A stretch of 64,000 bases of DNA from Oikopleura dioica. Lineage: Eukaryota > Animalia > Chordata. Location of the stretch: contig OU015569.1 in assembly GCA_907165135.1 (NCBI GenBank), positions 3,038,001-3,102,000 of the forward strand. The letters run 5' to 3'. The position numbers and the translations under genes were made by a program. Numbering within the stretch: position 1 is the stretch's first letter; each line of letters begins with the position of its first letter. Below the pieces are notes generated by a model. The model did no database searches. It was not told the origin of the DNA and saw only the letters and a list, made by a program, of their open reading frames with translations. Below, piece after piece: positions 39,351-48,899 of the stretch.

Positions 39351-40013
39351 TCATAAGTTCCTTTTAATCGTTTTGAATTGAGCTTTCCTACTGACTCCGG
39401 CTGAGTTATAACGGGAACAATGTCGAAATCAAACAGTCGCATTGAAAAGAATAACGCAACAGCTCGGAAGTTCTATTTTACTAGTATTTTGACGATCGTC
39501 TATATTTCTTGACGACAATTTGGAAAGACTTTACTCATCATCATTATGATTATCACGTGATTTTAGCATTAATTGTCGTTGACGACATTTATGAACACAA
39601 ATATGGACATTTTGAGCGACCACGGACAGTTGTTTTTGCTGTCAATATGTAATTTTATCATTTAATCAAATTTCTGTGACACATTCCATCGAACGCAGGT
39701 TTCGCTACGATCAATGAGATGCGTCCCCGCCCGAGGATAGTCCATTAGTTCTACTCGTTCAGCTCCAGTTCCCACCCCTAAAAAGTCTTACGCACATTTT
39801 TTATAAAAAAAGCCTACAAGAACAGAAATAGGTAAATAAAATTGAAAGAGCGGCCCACGTTTTGCATTTTTCTGACATCACAATTACTCCCTTGGGAAGA
39901 TCGTTGCCCACTGGATGAACCCTGAGAGAGGATTATTGATTAGGGCGTCAGATTAACACGCACTTGAACAGCAACAAAATAACAACATCTCATTCATTCA
40001 TTCTCTTCAGGAC

Positions 40014-41085
40014 ATGCAGCGTGACGAGATAGTAGCAATAGAGAAGAAGCCAGAAAATGAAGAAGAAAATCTTGACCAAGGACTTTTCGGTCGCTTCCTC
40101 GGTAGATAGAGAGTTTGTTCTATGGCTTACGAACTCTTTTAAGTTTTCATAACCACAATTATTATCATCGCTGGCTTTCCAATTTTCATTTGGAGCTGCG
40201 TCCAAATCGTGCAAGAGTACGAACGAGCAGCTATTTTCCGCTTGGGTCGGCTCAAACAGCGCAAAGCAGTTGGACCAGGCCTTTTCTGGATCAACTTTTT
40301 CACCGACACCTATATCAAGGTACGATTTAGCAAAGACCAGGTTGTCAATTGACTGTATTTTAGATCGACTTGCGAACCGTTTGCTTTGACATCCCAAGCC
40401 AAGAGATTCTGACCAAGGATTCCGTCACTATTCGTGTCGATGCGGTCGTATATTACCGAAAAGTGGAGCCAACCAGGTCCGTCTGCGAAGTGGAGAATTC
40501 TGATCATTCTACTGTAAGTATCTCAAATTTGGAAAAAATGATAATCTAAATCGTCAGAGACTTCTGGCACAAGTAACTCTCCGAAACACTTTGGGCACTC
40601 GAACATTGACGGAAGTTCTTTCTGAGCGAGAGTCAATCAGCGACGAAATCCAGCAAGCTCTTGACAGTGCCACAGATCCATGGGGAATTTGCGTTGAACG
40701 CGTCGAGCTCAAAGATGTTGTTCTTCCGGCACAAGTAAGAGGACTTTCCAAAAGCAAACTTTCTAATACGCGGTTTTCTAATTTATATTCAGATGCAACG
40801 CGCGATGGCCGCAGAGGCAGAAGCCACTCGGGAGGCGAAGGCCAAGATCATCCAGGCCGAGGGAGAGATGAACGCTTCAAAAGCCATTGCAGAAGCTGCC
40901 CGAGTCATTGCAGAGTGTCCACAGGCGATACAGCTTAGGTGAGCTCGGATAAGTTTGCTTGAAGGTAGCTAAACCAACCTAATAGATACTTGCAAACACT
41001 GACAACAGTCTCTGCTGAAAAGAACTCGACAATTATTTTCCCAATTCCGATCGAGATGATGTCCGCTTTCAACAAATCCGAATAA
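40014..41085 (+). CDS. STOM: Stomatin (SPFH/band 7 family)
   Basis: [102 protein letters not shown] and [21 protein letters not shown]. Canonical GT-AG introns. Confidence 0.95.
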
Positions 41086-42360
41086 GATTAACCTTCCCTT
41101 GTTCAAAGAAGCAATCCCTGCAGTGCTAGACTCCTCGTTAACCCTCGCCTTGCTCACTTTCTCACTAATTCCAAGCTGTAATAAAAATATCAAGCCACGA
41201 TCTTATTAGTTTCATTGAAAAATGCTTCAGTTTAGCAAAAACTCAAAGCACTTCTTTGATAAAAAAAGCAATAATTGCTTCTTTGTAATTTACAAGCAGC
41301 TTTGACAGCTAGTTCCTTTGATCTAACAGTACCGAAAATGATGAAAGCTGGACAATCATGATTATCCCAATCTGCTCAGATTTTATCATTTCCGGGAGAT
41401 ATAAGGATGGATGGAGGGGAGAAAATTTCAAAACGATAAAATGAAGCAAATTTAAAAAAGAGTTTTCGATGAACGATTTTTTTAATTGTTCACCGAAATT
41501 TATTTTTTAAACTTAAATTGGGTCACGAAGGAAAATTTTCGGGCGCAGCGAAATTTTTCACAAAAATCTTCTAGAGCAGTTTTTTGCTATTGAAGAAGCT
41601 GAAAATGCTGTTTCTGTCTCTACGAATCCGGCTTCTAGAGCGATTACGTATTTTCAATCACAAATCACTTAATTTCTCGAAAAATCTAAAAAAAACAAGC
41701 AACTGATTTCCTTTTTCTGCTGTCGATTGAATAAAAAAAAAATTTCTCGTCTGAAAAAGTCCCTTAAATAAGATTTTTTTGAGGCGCAGATTTTCGGCAT
41801 TTTTCGTCAAAAAGTCCCTTTTCTTGGTGTCCCTTATTTTGGACTCCGGCTGTATAATAAGTTTAAGTTAAAACAAATAAACTTAGAATCAAATCCCTTT
41901 TAATAAAATTGTCAGCTACGTATGGAAAAACGGCGATAAAAAATGTTATCAGTGTTAAAAGTTTAATTTGTAACCTTCAGTGTTTGATCAATGGGAATTA
42001 ATAGTCCATTGAGCCCGTGAAAACTGCTAATTGCATTGGTTGCTTCTTGTCAAGAAGTTCTTGAGGTCCACGTGGTAACTGATCGGTATGCTAGCTTCCA
42101 AATAAAAAGGCCAGCTTTCGTGGAAGGTGAGAAGGTGCCCGGCTGATTATCCAATATTCTAGTCGTGTGGCTCATTGTTTTCACCGCAAAAATTTCCGAG
42201 ATCAGAGGCGCGCACTCGCACAGCTTCGCCAATCACGCAACTTCCAAAACCAAAATTACTTGGCTACCGGAATATATAAGCCGCTTTCTGAGCCATGGTC
42301 AGGCAGTCGAACATTTTCGAGCACAGGCTTCAGATAAAAAAGGAAGACAACGAGGAGAAA

Positions 42361-43129
42361 ATGAAGGTCAGCGCCGGTCTACTTGCCATTTCAGGCGCCA
42401 TTGATGTAGATACAAAGAAGGTTCCTCCAAGACATCCGCTTCAGAGACTTCATCGATTGACCCAGTTTAGGAAAAGAGTTAAAAATGGTGATTATGAAAG
42501 AGAAATTCAGAGATATCACCCTGCAGCTTTTGACTCTTGAAAAGCGCAGAAATTCTCAACCAGTGGTTCGACTTTTTGCCATCTAAAGATCTCTGGATCG
42601 GTAAATTTGCCGCAAATGCTGCCAGAATGCGCACTAACTTCGAACGCGGTAATTCTTTTCAATGGCAACCCAGTGAATTATAATTTTAATCAAGGACAGC
42701 AGCGTTGTGGGTTCTACGATCCAAGTTTGCCCCACGGTGGACCTTTTGACCCAGATGAGAGATTTTTGGACGGCGAATTTGATGACTACGAGGACTTTGA
42801 ATTTGACGAGCGATACGATCGAGAAGACCCTTGCAAAGGTAAGACCGAGTTTAAGAAGATGATTTTACAGGGCGGAACTCTAGGTTCTCGTCAAATCACG
42901 ACTGGCTATCGAAAATGGGCACAGCGTTATCTTTCCCAATGCTCCGGACAGTCCCGCTACCGATTCCAGGTATAAACTTCTAGCTCCTCTTGTTTTAACA
43001 AACCCGTTTCAGATCAAACGAATGCACAAGTGGCGCAACATTCTGCATGCTCACCTGAACAGACACACTGGCAGCGCCTGCCCAAGACGCGAAAGTGACA
43101 TGGATATTCTCGACTCTCCTCTCATCTGA
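42361..43129 (+). CDS. Secreted Cys-containing protein with a KKVPPRHPLQRL motif (lineage-specific family, function unknown)
   Basis: MKVSAGLLAISGAIDVDTKKVPPRHPLQRLHRLTQF, QRCGFYDPSLPHGGP, ERYDREDPCKG, RQITTGYRKWAQRYLSQCSGQ and IKRMHKWRNILHAH...LI*. Confidence 0.7.
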
Positions 43130-43396
43130 TCCTGCTTTCCCTGAACCTATTTTTTACACTGCTGGAGCATCGAACCCAGCACACGGGATTTATGAGCTCC
43201 TTTTCTACGAAAACTTAGTTGGTGGTAATAAATAAATGTACATTTTGGACAAAACTTTCTTTTTCCTTTATTTACAATTTCAAATATTGCACATTTTCAA
43301 TAATAACTTAAATTAATCTCTATTTATTTCTCCGTTGAAATCACCCCGTCCAGCTTTTTTGAACTACCGTATGCCTAAAAAGAACAAAGCTAGAAT

Positions 43397-43917
43397 TCAG
43401 ATCAAAGACAAGAGAACTGACCCATCTATCTCGTAATAGACCTTCTCTCTTATAAGCGCGTAGAATTCCGGCTCCGAGTCAGCTGGAGCTATCGTAGCGG
43501 TAAAGGCCCAGCCAATATGACTCTTGCATTTGGGACATACGATTATCGTCCAGTCATAGCCAGGAAAGAACGTATCTGCTGAAACGCGAGCTCCAACAGG
43601 CAGCACATCCGCTTCCCTCACTGTCAGAACTTCAAACGGTATCTTGTGAGGATTGACGAACTCTTGAAGCAGAATAAACGCGCTTTTTGAAGTTTTCATT
43701 TTCCGAAAATTTCGCGCACTTCTATTTTTTCTACTAAAACTTTTCTTGGGAAGGACTCGTTTCTTCTACCAACTGCTTCATCGCTTCTGACAGTGATCAC
43801 CTGATCGAAAGTTGTGATGTTCTCGCCGCAATATTTACAAAATACGACCACGTCGCCACTGGCAGCAATAGAGCAAGAGCACCACTGAAGCAATAAGATC
43901 AGGAGCAGCCTTATCAT
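43397..43917 (-). CDS. Single-domain cereblon-like CULT (thalidomide-binding fold) protein with signal peptide
   Basis: Two exons: MIRLLLILLLQWCSCSIA, Zn ligands CKYC and CPKC, FVNPHKIPFEVLTV, DTFFPGYDWTIIVCPKCKSHIGWAFTA and FYAL. These match cereblon NPHG..HSWFPGYAW..C..C.SHIGWKF..FWGL. Confidence 0.9.
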
Positions 43918-44045
43918 TTATCTGAAAATAATGGATGGAGAAAATGAGGAATCGATTTGTAGCTTTTCTTGCACATGTTATTTAGTAGAAGAATGAAGAT
44001 GAAATAAACGGGTCAGGGAAAGTCAACAAAGTGCAACTACTGTAG

Positions 44046-44492
44046 TTAGTAGCCATCATCGTTCCAATCGACTTTTAACTCAGGAAAGGCTTCTTCAATC
44101 GCCTTGGCAGCTATCGAATGATCTGGGCGACCAAAGCCAATTGAATAGCCGTAGACAGTGCATTCTTTGGGTGTTTTTCTTATACGCCCGCCACCGATGC
44201 ATCGAACTAGAAGCATCAATTCAAGCAATAATTTCCTAATCTAGTTATGGACCTTTTAGTCCAAGTGCTTCGAGTCCAGGTTGTTCAATTTCCAGGACGT
44301 CTGCGTGATAATCAGCTTGCTCACAGCCACGGATGATTATTTTAGAGATATTTGTCGACGGATCCGTGCATTTTATTTGAATATATTTGTAGACACCAAT
44401 ATCGTCTATTTTCACTGAAAAGAAAGAAAAACTAGCAACAGTTCAATTAACAGAGAGCTACCAGTAGGGACGGCATCGAGCTTCGTCGACAT
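44046..44492 (-). CDS. PHPT1: 14-kDa phosphohistidine phosphatase (Janus/Ocnus family)
   Basis: MSTKLDAVPT|VKIDDIGVYKYIQI...IIRGCEQADYHADV...|VRCIGGGRI...VYGYSIGFGRPDH...VDWNDDGY*. The catalytic YHAD motif is present. Confidence 0.92.
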
Positions 44493-44588
44493 TGCAGCGC
44501 GGGAAATTATAAGGCGGCGAAACACGATGCTCAATCTTAAACGAATAGGAAAAGTATTTCGCGAAAAATAATTAAATACATTTAATTT

Positions 44589-46645
44589 CTACTCAGTTTC
44601 AAAGAGTTTGTACGCTTGTTCCAGATTTTTAAGCTGCGACACTTTTCCTTGAATTCGGCCGTCTTTGACGAATCCTTTTCCGTCCAAGACGTCCAACACT
44701 TTCTTTCCCTTTTCTTTGATGATGTTTTTGTCTCCAAGGACGGAGACGTTTCCGCTATTTTGACGGCCGCATGATAAGAATACAATTTTTCCCTCCTGAA
44801 AAAATGACGATGTCACTTTCTTTGTTTTTAAAATACTGAGTACCTTGTTCACAAGCTGGGATAAATTGTCCGTGAGTGGGACGATAAACTCGGGTCCCAA
44901 ATCCGCGCAGTGGTACTTTAAAATCTTCCCATCAAGGGAAATCTCTCGTAGCGCGTTTTTCAGTTGCTCTCTCTCACGCTTACAGTCCGGCTGTACGTTT
45001 GAGTCAGGATTCACGGCTTTCAGCTTCATTTGGATTGCTTCCGCGAGGGTTGAGCCGTACTCACTTTGAAGATTTTTGATGGTTTTCAGGGACGCTTTGC
45101 TCGATGATTGAAGATTTTCGATTCTTTCTGGAATTTCTTCCTCTTTGCAAGACATTTTTTTGCACGCTTCGCGGCTCACACTCCAAGAGCCTTATTATAT
45201 TTTGAGTATTACATTAAATTTGTTAATAGAAAAACCAATTATAATAGCAAAGATGTAACATACTTGCTAGAGTTCTGAGCACTCTTTCTCGGGTACCCTC
45301 CTTGTGCCGGGAAAAACCTTGAAATCCCGGCACACGGAGGGTCAAATCCCAAACGATCTAGAAATCCCCTGTTTCCGTCTTTTTAAAGGTTTTGTAAAGG
45401 GTTTTTCTTTTATGTTTGGTCAGGGAAGAGAACGATAAAATTCTGGCGATGCTTTTCTATGTACAACTTCATAGGATTTATCAATCTTATATTTGGATAG
45501 GAGTCTTATGAAGTTATGTCCATTAAATTAATTTTATCATCTTTTTTTGTCTCTTATGTCGGCCAAGCAGATTATTTATCTTTTTGACAGTATTCTTCTT
45601 TTATTTGGGTTAGGGTTAGGCAAAAAAAAATTGAAAGACTGTCTTGAATTATATAACGATTAGTTTTTGTTCAAAAACACTCGATTTGAAGAATTTTTTG
45701 GTCCAAATTCAACGGCTTTTTGGGATCTCTAGAACGCCACCCTCCGTGTGCCGGGATTCTCGGCAAAATTCCCGGCACACGGAGGTTTTCCCGGCACACG
45801 GAGGGTATCCCCTCTTTCTCCACAGACGAACCAGACGATTCCCTTGCCCTTCTTTCCCTTTTCTTGGTGAAGAAGTTTTATCATTTGCAAATCCGTCAAA
45901 TTGTCGACATGGGTTCCGCAGCACATGTTCTGATCGATTCCATCGATGTTCACTACTCGAATTGGCCCGGCGAAGTCTTTCGGGAGATCTTTACATCCTT
46001 TCCTCAGATCTTCCTTATTTTTGAGAAGTTCGACTGTCACTCGAGTTCGATTCCGAATCGCTTCATTGCAAATGTCCTCCACTCTTTGCACCTCTTCATC
46101 CGTCACTGCTCTTGATAGTTCAATAAATGACTTATCTTCGCCGAGATTCCAGCTCGTCGTGGAAGCGTCAAAATCAGCTCGCTCAAAAATCGCAGAAATC
46201 AAGTGCTGCCCGGAGTGTTGGCACATGTTGTCGAAGCGAGAAGCCCAGTTGATTTCAATTGAGCATTCCGTGCCCTCTGGAATTCGCTTGTCGCACAAGT
46301 GCACCGCTTCTTGGCCGTCCCTTGATTGAAATTTGAAATTAACAACTCAATTCTATGAATGCACCGAATAACAAATGGATAATCCTTAAATGGGATTACC
46401 CACAGTAGTATTTACCGAACTGTATACAAGACATTGCTGGAATTGTCACTCCCCCACGATATTTTTCCATTATCTCCTGGTTGTCCACCTCCCTCGGGGA
46501 AGAAAATCGTCTCCCCAAGTAACACTTTGAAGCATTCTACCTTCTGGTTTTTGATCTTATACGTTCCTGCTTTTTCTGAGCACTGTTTCACGAAGACTGA
46601 CTGCAGAGCCCTCAGATAGGGCTCGGTTTGACAACGCCAGGCCAT
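44589..46645 (-). CDS. AARSD1: Alanyl-tRNA editing protein (AlaXp/AARSD1), interrupted by a transposon-derived intron
   Basis: MAWRCQTEPY, TIFFPEGGGQPGD, Zn-binding QHSGQHL and CCGTH, IKLLHQEKGKK, VCGER|VLRTLA and C-terminal VLDVLDGKG..GRIQGK. Confidence 0.92.
45291..45811. mobile_element. Non-autonomous Mutator/Foldback-like DNA transposon (521 bp) inside an AARSD1 exon
   Basis: Termini GGGTACCCTCCTTGTGCCGGGAAAA / TTTTCCCGGCACACGGAGGGTATCCC are near-perfect inverted repeats. An exact 9-bp TSD CTCTTTCTC lies at 45282-45290 and 45812-45820. The motif CCCTCCGTGTGCCGGGA recurs subterminally in both orientations. Confidence 0.92.
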
Positions 46646-46803
46646 TACTGTAACAAGCTTCAATTCAATTTTCTGCAGAAAAAAATTTCAAAAAGCTCGT
46701 GATTTAAATAGATAGATTTGTATTTGTTGTCCTTGAATTGGAAGTATGGTACAGAAAGTTAGAAATACAGAAATGTTGCGCTAGAAATATTAGTTTCGGT
46801 GGT

Positions 46804-48538
46804 TCAAGTGCGGCGGCGGTTTCCTTTTGGAATGGATGAGTCCAGAAGCAAGGGGCTCAGCTTCGCTGGGATCGAGCCAGAAAAGCGAGAGGCAGGGTAG
46901 GCGACAAGATATACAGGCACTCGTTGAAGATGAATCCTATTAACTCTGTTAAGTATTGAGTTACAGGGGTTAGATTACCTTATTACGCCGTGGTATTGCG
47001 CTCTGACATCCAAGTCCCAGATGTTCAAGCACCAGCAAAGTCGGAAATAGTTGTCAAGCTCTTCCTTTGAATCCTGAGCAGTTACAGTAACGAGCCAGAG
47101 TAAGAAAGCGTACCTGGCTGTAATATAAAATGTGAGTTGAAGTAGCACCCGTCAGCAGGGACAAGTAGGGGTTTTGTTTCTTTTTGCTGTCGCAAGCGAG
47201 CGTTTTCGAATCAATGACAGTAGCTAAAGTCGTGTCTCAAAAAAGTAAGAATGGGAAAAGACAGTACCGGAGGAGATCTGTGACTTGAGCAGTTCTTCGT
47301 ATTTTTCTTTGACCAGCTGCTCGAGCGGCGTGAAGTCGACGCGTTTCGAGTCTTGGTGGAAACCGTGATGGCGAAAATACAGTCCCTGCATGTTCCTGTC
47401 CACGTTCAGGCCCTCCTCGCCGAAGTGGAAGGTGCGCGAGATGTCAGGGATCAAGCAGTCGCGGCCTGAGAATAGATTATAAATCCATCATATCTTGAGA
47501 GGAAACATACCTTTTCTGTTGGAAGGGTTGCGCATCCACACGTCCCAGTCCGTCATTCTCTCTTTTGGCAGCCACTTAGGGAGGAGCTCGTCGAGAATGG
47601 CGCGCGAAGTGGCCCATCCGAGACCTGGCATTCCTTCAACTCGGTATATTTCCCGTGCGTTGCCGATCGCGTGCTCCATTCCGTGGTCATTCCATGCGGA
47701 AACGCAGTAAATCTACTCAAAAGTTATTATCGAGCAAAAACGCGAAAAAGTACCTGTGGATCCATTTTGAAGATTGGCATCACGTGGGCCATATAGTGGA
47801 AGAAGTCCGGCGAGATCTGCAGATCGTCTTCGATGACGATGATGTGCTCGCTGGTCGAGAAGATTTCGTTCATCACCGTCGTCAGAGCGCGGCGGTAATG
47901 CTGACTTACTCGAGCAGCTTTGGTTCCTTCAGGCTTCGATTGAATCACTCTGTTTCTGGCTCAACGTGGGAACTATCTCACAAGGAAAAAAACTCGGTTG
48001 CATCAATAAAATATATTTTTATAAAGGATCAGCCTTTCCTTATTGCAAAAAGATTGGCGACTGCAACTGATTCCGCAAAGAAGCCATCGATAGATACAAC
48101 AATATTGGCCCTGTTGACACCTTCCGCGTTAAGAATATTGAAGAGGGTCCGGAAGAGGTACTTGGGTCGATTGGCGGCCATAACCAGAATCGGGACATCC
48201 TCGAGAGCATCGAGCCCAGGATCGTCTTGGAAAGAAATTGGCGCCGGGGAGGTGCAGGAGCAAACCGTCCTGAACATTTCGAAGAGTTTCTGGTTTCCGC
48301 AAAATGTTGCGCGACGTTCTGCGTCTTCACCACTCCACGAGCTAAGAAGAAAAGGAAACGATCAGTTCTATTGTGTGGGAAGTTACCATGAGTGCCGCTG
48401 CTCTGCATTATGTGTAGTTTTGGACTTGACGATTCCGCTAGGAAGGTTGAGAAGAAGATAGGACACGACGGAGAAGAAGAAAGCCGCCACAGCAACGAGA
48501 ATCGCCCAGATCGATGGGACTAATCGACTTACCCCCAT
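46804..48538 (-). CDS. POMGNT1: Protein O-mannose beta-1,2-N-acetylglucosaminyltransferase 1 (GT13), type II membrane protein
   Basis: TM anchor; CSWSGEDAERRATFC...VCSCTSPAPISF; PILVMAANRPKYLFR; ARVSQHY; IEDDL; CVSAWND; YRVEGMPGLGW; DWDVWMR; IPDISRTFHFG; CLNIWDLDVR. All are POMGNT1-type motifs. Confidence 0.9.
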
Positions 48539-48647
48539 CCATCACATCTGAACGAGTTAAATTCTAGAGCGTACCTACTTTTAAATGAATAGTGTTTATC
48601 AATAATATAAAAAAAAACAAGACAAATTGTATCAGGAATGTGGGAGT

Positions 48648-48788
48648 TCATCTTTTTCGCGACATGAATTGGCTCAAGTCCTGGCTAGCAAAACGCTCAG
48701 CTTTTCGTTCCTTCACCGTCTTTCTTTTCGGCTTCGCCGGTTCTTTCTCCTCTCCCTCTTTTGGTTCCGTTCCCTTTTTTGGAGGCAT
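48648..48788 (-). CDS. Possible 46-aa Lys/Glu-rich micro-protein within the minus-strand array
   Basis: ATG-initiated ORF MPPKKGTEPKEGEEKEPAKPKRKTVKERKAERFASQDLSQFMSRKR*, downstream of a ttttcag acceptor. It could instead be an alternative last exon of the NBS1-like gene. Confidence 0.3.
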   Translation of the reverse strand: MPPKKGTEPKEGEEKEPAKPKRKTVKERKAERFASQDLSQFMSRKR

Positions 48789-48899
48789 CGCTGGGACTCG
48801 GCTTTTTCGTCTGATTATCTTGGGCTTTTTCGTTGGCAGTTGGCTTTCGTGAGGGATTTTAACCTGAAAATAGGTTGATTACATGATCATCAGCATTTT

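Noticed and set aside
41823-41854. Tc1/mariner-like end (reverse complement TACAGCCGGAGTCCAAAATAAGGGAC)
   Set aside because: No matching opposite terminus was found; at most a solo remnant.
45296-45805. Alternative reading of the AARSD1 element as a TA-TSD Tc1/mariner MITE
   Set aside because: The flanking exact 9-bp duplication and the restored reading frame fit the larger 45291-45811 boundaries better.
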